From the NCBI GenBank assembly GCA_945878975.1, contig CAMCUM010000007.1, positions 3,063 to 67,062 on the forward strand: a stretch of 64,000 nucleotides of DNA, given 5' to 3'. The notes under the pieces were generated by a model, which saw only the letters and a program-made list of their open reading frames with translations, had not been told where the DNA came from and made no database searches. This document shows, in pieces, positions 9,183 through 17,515 of the stretch; position 1 is the first letter of the stretch, and each line of letters begins with the position of its first letter. Both the position numbers and the translations under genes were made by a program. This stretch comes from Legionella genomosp. 1. Lineage in GTDB: Bacteria; Pseudomonadota; Gammaproteobacteria; Legionellales; Legionellaceae.

Positions 9183-10182
9183 TCAAGTGATTCAATAAAG
9201 ACGACGCAGTGCCATCCAATAGCTTTTCTCGCGCTAAAGGAATGGCGTCTGCGACCGAAGGCTGTAAACCATATAAATAAGTAGCCACTGCCGCATTGAA
9301 AATCAACGTATCCGAAAATGCTTTGGCTTGCTGCGTACCTCGCCCTTGCAAGGCATCTCGCAACAATGCTGCATTGACCTCGGCCGATCCGCCTTGTAAA
9401 TCTTGCAAGCTACAAGGTGCAAACCCTAACGCTTTGGGATCCAAAGAAAAATAATCTAAAGCATTCGGTGTGACTTCTATGACAGTCACCGGGCCAATAC
9501 AAGACAATTCATCGATACCATTCCCATGAACCACCAACGAACGTTCCGTCCCCAACTTTTGTAAGGTTTCGGCCATAATAGGCAATAATTTAGGCTCATA
9601 CATCCCCATTAAAAGATGCTTGGGTTGCGCAGGGTTTAATAAAGGTCCTAATAAATTAAGCGTGGTTGGGACATTTAATTGTTGGCGCAAACTGCGTAGT
9701 TCACGCAAAATAGGATGAAAATTAGGAGCAAAGCAAAAGCCAATCCCCAAAGCATCAATCCCCGCACTGATTTTTTCTGGCGCCAAATCAATATTGACCC
9801 CCAATGCTTTGAGCACATCCGCCGATCCGGCTAACGATGTGACCGCGGCATTGCCATGCTTCACAATCGCCACACCACAAGCAGCCGCTAAGATAGCACT
9901 CCCGGTAGAAATATTCACCGTGCGCGCGCGATCTCCACCTGTACCAACAATATCCAAGGTTTTTCTGTTGAGTCGCAACGGCAGCATTTTCTCTTTCAAA
10001 GCGGAAACCATACCTACCAATTCATCCGCCGTTTCAGTTTTAGAGCGCAATAAAACTAAAAAAGCTACTTTCTGAAAAGGATGACTATCCGGTTCGAGCA
10101 AATCTGAGATCAGCTCCTTACAGATCTGGCTATTCAAGCTCTTCTGCGCCATCAATGTTTCTATCCCTTCTTTTAAGCGCAT
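9163..10182 (-). CDS. trpD: Anthranilate phosphoribosyltransferase
   Basis: LDIVGTGGD and NLLGPLLNP motifs; 339 aa. Confidence 0.92.
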   Translation of the reverse strand: MRLKEGIETLMAQKSLNSQICKELISDLLEPDSHPFQKVAFLVLLRSKTETADELVGMVSALKEKMLPLRLNRKTLDIVGTGGDRARTVNISTGSAILAAACGVAIVKHGNAAVTSLAGSADVLKALGVNIDLAPEKISAGIDALGIGFCFAPNFHPILRELRSLRQQLNVPTTLNLLGPLLNPAQPKHLLMGMYEPKLLPIMAETLQKLGTERSLVVHGNGIDELSCIGPVTVIEVTPNALDYFSLDPKALGFAPCSLQDLQGGSAEVNAALLRDALQGRGTQQAKAFSDTLIFNAAVATYLYGLQPSVADAIPLAREKLLDGTASSLLNHLIEYTND

Positions 10183-10769
10183 AAGGCACCTGTCTCTACG
10201 GGACAGCAGCGTTGCAAAAAATTCTGAACCAGTTGCCCACCTTGTGGGGTTAAAATGGACTCTGGGTGAAACTGCACACCAAAAATGGGCAAATCGCGAT
10301 GACGGATCCCCATGATCAAACCATTAGCAGATTCTGCTTCAATTTGTAAATGAGCAGGCAACGATACCCGATCAGCCAATAAAGAATGATACCGACCCGC
10401 AGAAAATGGCAATGCCAATCCTTGATAGATACCTTGGCGATGATGAAAAACCAAAGTTGATTTCCCATGCACCAATTCAGGCGCTGCAATCACCTGTCCG
10501 CCCAAAGCACAAACAATGGCTTGTAAACCCAAACAGACCCCGAGTAATGGAACAGTTGGTGGGAGCGCCTGAATCAATGCCATGCAAATACCAGCCGCCT
10601 CAGGACGTCCTGGGCCAGGCGACAAAATAATGCCATCGGCACGCATCGCTTTGATCTCAGTGACCGTCACTTGATCATTGCGTAATACCACCACGTCTTC
10701 GCGGCTCTGCGCCACGATTTGATACAGATTATAGGTAAAACTATCGTAATTATCGATGATGATTAGCAT
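10173..10769 (-). CDS. trpG: Anthranilate synthase component II (glutamine amidotransferase)
   Basis: MLIIIDNYDSFTYNLYQ, GVCLGLQ and FHPES triad motifs. Confidence 0.92.
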   Translation of the reverse strand: MLIIIDNYDSFTYNLYQIVAQSREDVVVLRNDQVTVTEIKAMRADGIILSPGPGRPEAAGICMALIQALPPTVPLLGVCLGLQAIVCALGGQVIAAPELVHGKSTLVFHHRQGIYQGLALPFSAGRYHSLLADRVSLPAHLQIEAESANGLIMGIRHRDLPIFGVQFHPESILTPQGGQLVQNFLQRCCPVETGALCA

Positions 10770-12247
10770 GATAACCCCCCTTCTGCTAACGCTAACGCAC
10801 TCAAAACGCCACGTGCTTTATGCCGTGTTTCAGCCGCTTCAGATTCAGGATCTGAATCTGCCACAATCCCTGCCCCAGTCCGAACCGTTGCAATGCCATC
10901 GCGTAAAATGGCCATACGAATGGCAATACAACTATCAAAATTACCCTCTGCATCCAAGCGACAAAAGGCGCCGCCATACAAACCACGTCGCGATGTTTCC
11001 AAAGTATCGATCAACGCCATCGCTCTGATTTTAGGCGCACCACTAACTGTGCCAGCCGGAAACGTAGCCTGTAAAGCATCCAAAGCATCTTTCTCTGCTT
11101 GCAAACGGCCAGTCACCACGGAAGTCAAATGCGTCACATGCGAAAAATGCTTCACCTGCAATAAGGTCTTCACTTCTACCGAACCTGGCTGGCAGACGAC
11201 ACCCAAATCATTGCGTGCCAAATCCACCAACATCATATGCTCAGCCAACTCTTTCTCATCCGCGAGCAATTCCTTAGCATTTTTCTCTTCATCTGCCACA
11301 GAAAGACGTGCACGTGTCCCCGCAATCGGATTGATCTCAACTTGCCCTTGGCGAACCGTGATCAACTTTTCGGGAGAAGCACCCACCATCACGCCAGATT
11401 CCAAAGGAAAATAAAACATATAGGGCGCCGGACTCAGTTTGCGTAAGGCACGGTAAATATCCAAATGCTTTGCGGTATAAGCCTGCTTAAAACAACGCGA
11501 CAACACGATTTGAAAGGCATCACCTATACTAATATGATGTTTTGCTTGAGCGATCAATTGCATAAATTGTGCATCACTCACATCCACTTCTGGCATCAGA
11601 ACAGACACTTTATCTGCGACAGCACTCTCTTCCAAGGAAGTAGAACGTGTGATTTTCTGGATTACATTTTGCAGATAAATTTGAGTATCTTGATAAACTT
11701 GGGTGAGATCATCCGTATCCAAATCCACCATCTTAGCCAATAACAATTTATGCTGCGCATGATCGAAAATCAGGGTTGTGTGATAAAAATTAAATAATAG
11801 ATCCGGCAATTCTTGTTCAGAACGATGCCGATCCGGAATATTTTCATTGATTCTAACCGCATCATACGTCACAAATCCCACTGCACCATGCCGACGCAAC
11901 AATTCATGCGTAGGATTCACACAAACGAACTCTGCGACCATTTGGCGCAACACAGCAAAAGGATCCGCAACAGTCTGCGTGATTTGCGTCCCAACCCGTT
12001 GAGTAATTTGGGTACCATAAGCCGCCAATTGCCCCATCTGACCAAACGCAATATAGGAATAACGCCCATCTTCTGATTGTTGCATACCAGATTCCAACAA
12101 AGTGCCTTCTTGCATCTCTGCTTCTAATTGCGCTACCACCCCAATAGGGGTCAAACAATCCGCCATCATTTCCCGATAAATCATCAAACGCGGCATGGTC
12201 TGAGCCAAATGAAGAAATTCTTCTAAACTCATATGCTTCAATGTCAT
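10763..12247 (-). CDS. trpE: Anthranilate synthase component I
   Basis: Chorismate-binding domain (GAPKIRAMALI, GGAFCRLD). The ORF extends to 12262. The Met at 12247 is preceded by GGGGG at Shine-Dalgarno distance, so I take it as the start. Confidence 0.9.
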   Translation of the reverse strand: MTLKHMSLEEFLHLAQTMPRLMIYREMMADCLTPIGVVAQLEAEMQEGTLLESGMQQSEDGRYSYIAFGQMGQLAAYGTQITQRVGTQITQTVADPFAVLRQMVAEFVCVNPTHELLRRHGAVGFVTYDAVRINENIPDRHRSEQELPDLLFNFYHTTLIFDHAQHKLLLAKMVDLDTDDLTQVYQDTQIYLQNVIQKITRSTSLEESAVADKVSVLMPEVDVSDAQFMQLIAQAKHHISIGDAFQIVLSRCFKQAYTAKHLDIYRALRKLSPAPYMFYFPLESGVMVGASPEKLITVRQGQVEINPIAGTRARLSVADEEKNAKELLADEKELAEHMMLVDLARNDLGVVCQPGSVEVKTLLQVKHFSHVTHLTSVVTGRLQAEKDALDALQATFPAGTVSGAPKIRAMALIDTLETSRRGLYGGAFCRLDAEGNFDSCIAIRMAILRDGIATVRTGAGIVADSDPESEAAETRHKARGVLSALALAEGGLSC

Positions 12248-12274
12248 GATCTTAACCCCCATTACTTGTACTTT

Positions 12275-12307
12275 TGTAATGATATAGCATTACATAAGTA
12301 ATTGCAA
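12275..12307 (-). promoter_or_regulatory. Candidate trp promoter (TTGCAA-N17-TATCAT on the minus strand) overlapping a perfect 7-6-7 palindrome TGTAATG-ATATAG-CATTACA (possible operator)
   Basis: Read directly 28-60 nt upstream of the trpE start. There is no other support. Confidence 0.3.
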
Positions 12308-12309
12308 GT

Positions 12310-12387
12310 TATACCCTTTACGGATGAATTTTAGGTGTTTTAGGCGACTGGATTTTGCATGTGCGTTCTGATTAAAAGCGAGTAATA
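12310..12387. repeat. Half copy (one arm) of the 168-bp hairpin MITE found complete at 57001-57168
   Basis: TATACCCTTTACGGATGAATTTTAGGTGTTTTAGGCGAC...GATTAAAAGCGAGTAATA is nearly identical to 57002-57080. Confidence 0.85.
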
Positions 12388-12398
12388 CTAAATTTGTC

Positions 12399-12482
12399 GT
12401 CATTGCGAACGTAGTGAAGCAACCCAGTACAGCTATTCAACGAAGCATCGACCTGGGTTGCTTCGCTAACGCTCGCAATGAC
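12399..12482. repeat. Palindromic repeat, family D (GTCATTGCGARCGT...GAAGCAACCCAG arms)
   Basis: Inverted arms of about 30 nt: GTCATTGCGAACGTAGTGAAGCAACCCAG / CTGGGTTGCTTCGCTAACGCTCGCAATGAC. Confidence 0.8.
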
Positions 12483-12499
12483 TGATTTTTGTACCAAAT

Positions 12500-12537
12500 T
12501 ATAAAAACGTCTCAGTCGAGAAAAAATCGCTGAGACG
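12500..12537 (-). terminator. Rho-independent terminator for the 344-aa gene
   Basis: The CGTCTCAG...CTGAGACG stem is followed on the minus strand by TTTTTATAATTT, about 20 nt after the stop codon. Confidence 0.6.
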
Positions 12538-12559
12538 CCGAGAAATAACTTTAGGGACG

Positions 12560-13594
12560 TTAACTACCAAACCTATTGTTAGACGAACTGGCGTGTGTAT
12601 TATCAGCCGCCTCCTTTCTGCTAGACTTTCTACAGTGCTTATCGGCGACAATCCTGTGTGATGATGACACAAGGGGCGTTTCGCCTTTTGTTTTGTTGGG
12701 AGAATCCAGACAAAAAAAACTTCCGATTTGTAATGGCGATTCTGTGTTTCTAGGTTCATCCAGTATTCTTTTTGTTTTTGCTCCCTCAAACTGAGTGGAT
12801 AACGAGAAAAAACGGTAAAGATCATGTGAACTGTTGCATCGTTCATCGAAGCCTAAATCATCAACGTATTCTGAATCAATTGAGCTCGTTGAATCCGTCG
12901 AACCCCTCAAAATAAAGGAATCTTCAGATAAATCAGGTCTCAAAAAATAGACGCCTTGGCGCTTACGCACTTTTATAAAAGGATATTCACCCGTTGTTTC
13001 TATTCTAGGATCAAAAGGGATGGAAAGAGATAAATCTGCTTTAGATAAACTACATTCAGATATCGCTACAGGTTTAAAATCAGTTTGTTTTTGATAAGTC
13101 ACTAATTTCATTTCTTCTGCAATTCGCACAGGGAAATCAGGATTTCTTTCCAAACCCAATAATAACGAAAGAAAAAACACCAATGATCCAAACGGTGGTT
13201 CATAGTGACCACTTTTATTGGTGATTTCGATAATCGTAGTGTAATCTTTTGAAAATACAAGGTTACCTGCAGTGTACACATCTTCATCTGCAATCATATC
13301 ACTATGAGCAGGAACAGCAGAACTACATGTACCCTCACGAGCGAACCAGATACGCATGTTTTTATCAACCACAAATCGAATTGTAAAACGCTCCAAAAGA
13401 TCATCTTCCTCATCAAAAGAATCGGGGATTTCTTGCTTCAGAACTTGGATTAAATGATTTAAGGCCATCCAAGAATAAATTTTCTGATTCATAACACTTT
13501 TTGGGATAGCAGAAAAAATAGGTACTTTACGCGTGGTCTCAAATGTTGCTATGGATGCATGAAAACTGGTACGAATATCTGTTAAATTAATCAT
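12560..13594 (-). CDS. Hypothetical protein, 344 aa, orphan / effector-like
   Basis: Long ORF that looks A/T-richer than its neighbours, with an A/T-rich upstream region and its own terminator. The C-terminal third is Ser/Asp-rich and looks disordered. I recognise no family. Confidence 0.6.
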   Translation of the reverse strand: MINLTDIRTSFHASIATFETTRKVPIFSAIPKSVMNQKIYSWMALNHLIQVLKQEIPDSFDEEDDLLERFTIRFVVDKNMRIWFAREGTCSSAVPAHSDMIADEDVYTAGNLVFSKDYTTIIEITNKSGHYEPPFGSLVFFLSLLLGLERNPDFPVRIAEEMKLVTYQKQTDFKPVAISECSLSKADLSLSIPFDPRIETTGEYPFIKVRKRQGVYFLRPDLSEDSFILRGSTDSTSSIDSEYVDDLGFDERCNSSHDLYRFFSLSTQFEGAKTKRILDEPRNTESPLQIGSFFCLDSPNKTKGETPLVSSSHRIVADKHCRKSSRKEAADNTHASSSNNRFGS

Positions 13595-13973
13595 TGATAC
13601 GCCTTTTAAAAAATGTATTGAAACAATATGTTGTTGTTTTTTTGTTGTATTTTAGGCAGCGTCCAGCAAGTTATTTACGAACTGAAAAACTTTAAGGATA
13701 TTGCCTAAATATTGCTTGTTTAGTTTGATATACAAACTCAATACGAATCGACGTCCTTGACCATCCATGACTATGAAATGGTTTCGCTTGAAAGCAGAGA
13801 AATTCTAACTCAAATAACGCATAAAACACAAATAATTTTCACTATGTTTTTAATATTGATGCTATACAAAAAAACAGAGCATAATGTGCTTTGAGCAGAC
13901 GACCGGACATTTGCCTATAGGCTTCAGAGATATTGAATAATGAAAAGACTGATTGAACCAATAAAAATCAAAA

Positions 13974-14120
13974 GGAATCCCGCGGACAAGCCACGGGACG
14001 TTGGTGGGTGGGGGTATAAAAATCTTGTAATAACGCATCCCTCTTGCCTACGTCCGGTGCTTTATGCGCGGGATCTAGGAATCTGGCATCATCGCTGGAT
14101 CCCGTGCACAAGCCCGCGTT
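13974..14120. repeat. Composite family A repeat (two units)
   Basis: GGAATCCCGCGGACAAGCCACGGGACGT ... ATCCCTCTTGCCTACGTCCGGTGCTTTATGCGCGGGATCTAGGAATCTGGCATCATCGCTGGATCCCGTGCACAAGCCCGCG aligns with 53549-53660 and, reversed, with 25109-25200. Confidence 0.85.
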
Positions 14121-14275
14121 GTTGCAGATATTTTTGAAACCGTTCAAACTGAGGTGCCGAGCAGCGGCGTCTCGAGGCTTATTGAAAAAAGCTTCGAGAC
14201 GCCACACTACGTGTGGCTCCTAGCTCGAACGGATAAAATTGATAGTGATACCAAGGATGTAGAAATCTGCAACAA
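14119..14275. repeat. Long imperfect palindrome of about 157 bp (MITE-like), with central hairpin GGCGTCTCGAGGCTT...AAGCTTCGAGACGCC
   Basis: Outer arms GTTGTTGCAGAT / ATCTGCAACAAC, middle arms CCGTTCAAACTGAGG / CCTAGCTCGAACGG, and a central 15-bp stem. Confidence 0.7.
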
Positions 14276-14286
14276 CGCCGTACCAT

Positions 14287-14335
14287 CCGCGGAAGGACGT
14301 AGGGCTTCGTGAGATGAATTGTCAACAGACCCTAA
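14287..14335. repeat. Repeat family H (TTAGGGTCTGTTRACAAWTCATCTC...CCCTACGTCC); contains the stop codon of the permease gene
   Basis: The reverse complement matches 55019-55066. Confidence 0.75.
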
Positions 14336-15708
14336 TTTTCTGCCATTATTTTAGGCTGATTCGCCAGCACGCTGTGTTTGCGGCCAAAGAAAAAATAGAT
14401 GCCCATTCCGAAGATAAACCATACCACAAAGCGAAGTATGGTTAACCAGGGTAGATTAGCAATCAAATACAAACAACAGACCATCCCAAGAATTGGCACG
14501 TATGGCATGCCAGGGGTCTTGAACGGTCTATGCATCTCTGGTCGGGTATGTCTTAAAATCAACACGCCCAAGCAAACCAGCGTACCGATATTTACCAACT
14601 CTGTTAAGAGATTAATGGGAAATAGCGCTGAAATCGCGCCGATCCAAATCCCACATAGCACAATAATACGCATCGGCGTTTGAGTCTTTGCGTGCAAAAC
14701 AGAAAAATATTTAGGTAACAAGCCATCGCGCGCAATAGCATAGAATATACGGCTCAACCCATAAAACAAGACTAAAATAACGGTCGTCAAACCCGCCAAG
14801 GCACCGACAGAAATCACGCCCGCAACGCCTTGATACCCTATCGCTATCAACGCATCACTGATGGGAGACGCCACATCCAAGGTACGATACGACACCATAC
14901 CCGTCAACAAACCAGAAATGACGATATATAACAAAGTTGACACAGATAAGGAGCCGATGATCCCGATTGGCAAATTCCGCTGCGGGTTCACCACTTCTTC
15001 GGCTGTGGTCGATACAGCATCAAAACCAATATAAGCAAAAAAGATCAAAGAAGCCCCTTTCGCCACACCCATCCAACCAAACGGCATAAAGGGATCCCAA
15101 TTACTGGGATTAATATGCGTCGATGCCACCACAATAAATAGCAAGATCACCAATAATTTCACACCAACAATGGTATTGTTAAACCGAGTGGTTGAACGTA
15201 CCCCCCAAATTAACAAAACGCTGACCACGCTGATGATCGACAACGCTAAAAAATCAACCGTTATGAGGCCCACCGGCACCGTGTTCACAATACGAATGGA
15301 AATGGCCTGTAATAGACTCTTCATATACGAGCTCCACCCCACAGCAACCGTGGCAACGGTGATAGAGTACTCCAACAATAAATCCCAACCCACTATCCAA
15401 GCAATGATTTCACCAAATCCCACATAGGCGTAACCATAGGCACTCCCACAGCCACCAATTGCGGTGGCTAATTCAGCATAAGACAACGCCGAAAACAAAC
15501 AAGCCAAACCTGCAATAATATACGATAAAATAATCGCTGGGCCAGCCTTGGTGGCTGCCACCACGCCAGTCAAAACAAAAATCCCCGCACCAATGATGGC
15601 GCCGATTCCGAGTAAAGTGAGATCAAAGCCTGTCAAGCAACGCATCAGGTTACTGGTACCCTCTTCTACGCTAATGGTATGAATATCTTTTTTTCGTAAT
15701 AAATTCAT
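14332..15708 (-). CDS. Amino acid permease (APC superfamily)
   Basis: 458 aa, about 12 hydrophobic segments, and an N-terminal LTGFDLTLLGIGAIIGAGIFVLTG signature of APC/cationic amino-acid transporters. Confidence 0.85.
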   Translation of the reverse strand: MNLLRKKDIHTISVEEGTSNLMRCLTGFDLTLLGIGAIIGAGIFVLTGVVAATKAGPAIILSYIIAGLACLFSALSYAELATAIGGCGSAYGYAYVGFGEIIAWIVGWDLLLEYSITVATVAVGWSSYMKSLLQAISIRIVNTVPVGLITVDFLALSIISVVSVLLIWGVRSTTRFNNTIVGVKLLVILLFIVVASTHINPSNWDPFMPFGWMGVAKGASLIFFAYIGFDAVSTTAEEVVNPQRNLPIGIIGSLSVSTLLYIVISGLLTGMVSYRTLDVASPISDALIAIGYQGVAGVISVGALAGLTTVILVLFYGLSRIFYAIARDGLLPKYFSVLHAKTQTPMRIIVLCGIWIGAISALFPINLLTELVNIGTLVCLGVLILRHTRPEMHRPFKTPGMPYVPILGMVCCLYLIANLPWLTILRFVVWFIFGMGIYFFFGRKHSVLANQPKIMAEN

Positions 15709-15830
15709 GGAATAGTCACTTAGGTCGTTCTAATTGCGAGGCTATATATTACGTGGCTTAGAATTGTTGTCAATCAACTTTGTAAAGAGGTGTCATGGTA
15801 AGGGCGTGTATCGGGCGTTTATCAGCCTCA

Positions 15831-16535
15831 TCACGCCCGGTAAAAATCCCGACTTTTAATCCGTTTGCCGCCCAAAGCATGGTGCAAAGCGCTGCGCATC
15901 ATGTGTTTAGCGGTCTTAAGCACCTTGGGATCGCTCAAATCATCATTGGCCATTGCGAGAATATCTGCGCCTAACAGCCCTTCTTGCGCCAGAATCAACC
16001 CTAGCCCCGCTTTAAACACGTAATAATAATCGGCCACAATGGGTTGGTACGTCTGTCCGTCATGGGTCAAAGAGATAGCATAACCTATAGAGGATAATAA
16101 GGCCCATTCAAAGCGGCGCAATACTTGTTCTAACTGCGGCTGAGAGGTCGCCAAACTGAGGTTCTGTAGCGTCGTCACATAAGCATCATATAATTCAGGG
16201 TGCGGATCTTGTTGGCGTAAGCCATGATACAGCAACTCATTCACATACAATGCTGTTAATAAATTAGGGGCCGTATAGTCAAAAGCCATACCGGCAAGTT
16301 CCAAATGCTGGACATAATACCATCCTTGCCGTTGGGTGAAATCAACCCACAAGGGATGATAAGCTTGAATGAGCGCTTGTTTTTTAGGTGACCACCCGCC
16401 CTGACAACGTGCCCAGACCAAGCCTTGAGCCCGAGTAAAAAAAAGGACGCGCGCAGCACTACCGCCAGCCCAGGTTTTATGAATCACCCAAGTGGGAGCT
16501 TTATTCATATCCCAATGATTGGAGGATACGCTCAT
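15831..16535 (-). CDS. recO: DNA repair protein RecO
   Basis: About 234 aa, overlaps the era stop in the conserved era-recO arrangement, and has a RecO-like N-terminal OB region. The start could be the Met at 16508. Confidence 0.75.
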   Translation of the reverse strand: MSVSSNHWDMNKAPTWVIHKTWAGGSAARVLFFTRAQGLVWARCQGGWSPKKQALIQAYHPLWVDFTQRQGWYYVQHLELAGMAFDYTAPNLLTALYVNELLYHGLRQQDPHPELYDAYVTTLQNLSLATSQPQLEQVLRRFEWALLSSIGYAISLTHDGQTYQPIVADYYYVFKAGLGLILAQEGLLGADILAMANDDLSDPKVLKTAKHMMRSALHHALGGKRIKSRDFYRA

Positions 16536-17385
16536 TATCGGACCATCCCGTTTTGACTTTACACCAACATTGCAAAAAGACTTTTTTCTCTAACAATTTT
16601 TCCATATCTAAACGCGCTTGCGTCGCGATTTCTTTTAATTTTTCACCTTTTTCACCAATGATCATGCGCTTATGGGTTTCTCTATCGACCCAAATCAAAG
16701 CAGAAATTCGCACCATTTTAGGCGTGTCTTTGTATGACTCAATTTCTACCGTGGTAGCATAAGGCAATTCCTGGCCACAATGGCGGAAAATCTTTTCTCG
16801 AACCAATTCAGAACATAAAAACTTTAAAGAGCGATCAGTCAGTTGATCATCAGGAAACAAATGCGGCGATTCGGGTAAAAAGGTTTGCAATTTGGCATGT
16901 AAATCAGGGATTTGTAAGCCAGTGCGCGCTGCAATCGGAATAATTGCTGCAAAATCATGGCGTTGGGCAAGCTGCTGGAGCCAAGGCAATAACGTTTGTT
17001 TGTCTGCAATTTTATCTACTTTATTGACCACTAAGATGCAGGGGATCTGAGAGGATTGAATCAAGCTCAAGACATAGTCGTCTTCCTCTCGCCAAATCAT
17101 CCCATCAATGACAAACACAATCACATCCACGTCATTCAACACACGGATAGCAGTTTTATTCATCATCTTATTCATGATTTTTTTCGAACCGAGATGAATA
17201 CCAGGCGTGTCAACATACACGTACTGATAAGGACCATCCGTACGCAGCCCCAGAATACTATGGCGCGTGGTTTGTGGTTTGCGGGAGGTGATACTGATTT
17301 TATGATCTAAAATCTGATTCAACAAAGTCGACTTCCCCACATTCGGGCGTCCAACCAAGGCGATATAACCACAATAATTTGTCAT
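16501..17385 (-). CDS. era: GTPase Era
   Basis: GRPNVGKSTLLN (G1), DTPG (G3), NKVD (G4) and a C-terminal KH domain. Confidence 0.93.
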   Translation of the reverse strand: MTNYCGYIALVGRPNVGKSTLLNQILDHKISITSRKPQTTRHSILGLRTDGPYQYVYVDTPGIHLGSKKIMNKMMNKTAIRVLNDVDVIVFVIDGMIWREEDDYVLSLIQSSQIPCILVVNKVDKIADKQTLLPWLQQLAQRHDFAAIIPIAARTGLQIPDLHAKLQTFLPESPHLFPDDQLTDRSLKFLCSELVREKIFRHCGQELPYATTVEIESYKDTPKMVRISALIWVDRETHKRMIIGEKGEKLKEIATQARLDMEKLLEKKVFLQCWCKVKTGWSDNERILQSLGYE

Positions 17386-17440
17386 AGATACTCTGAAACT
17401 TACGAAGGGCTTAGTTTAACACAAAGAAATGCTAGTGGGC

Positions 17441-17499
17441 ACGCTCTCCTCACATCATGACTCGAGTATCCGAGCCGCGACCGTGAGGGAGCGGATATC
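17441..17499. repeat. Family B repeat copy with a degenerate left arm
   Basis: TATCCGAGCCGCGACCGTGAGGGAGCGGATATC matches 441-473. Confidence 0.8.
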
Positions 17500-17515
17500 T
17501 AGGGTCTTATGGACT

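Noticed and set aside
10893-11414. 173-aa plus-strand ORF inside trpE. The same applies to many other 60-135-aa antisense ORFs inside aroB, aroA, trpB, trpC, mreB, clpA, the RND pump, comEA and the MFS gene.
   Set aside because: All are antisense or off-frame within confidently identified conserved genes, with no independent signals.
12499-12846. 115-aa minus-strand ORF overlapping the 3' end of the 344-aa gene
   Set aside because: It is an alternative frame of a longer, better-supported ORF and it spans the terminator hairpin.
12560-13594. Idea that the 344-aa orphan is an ADP-ribosyltransferase or polymorphic-toxin domain, because of the GHYEPP and RIWFAREG strings
   Set aside because: I could not lay out a consistent R-S-E or H-Y-E catalytic triad with proper spacing. 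The resemblance rests only on short strings, so it is reported as unassigned.
13940-14207. Two overlapping ORFs of 65-79 aa in the repeat stack
   Set aside because: Both are translations of family A and palindromic repeats. The same peptide strings recur wherever the repeat occurs, so they are repeat artefacts rather than genes.
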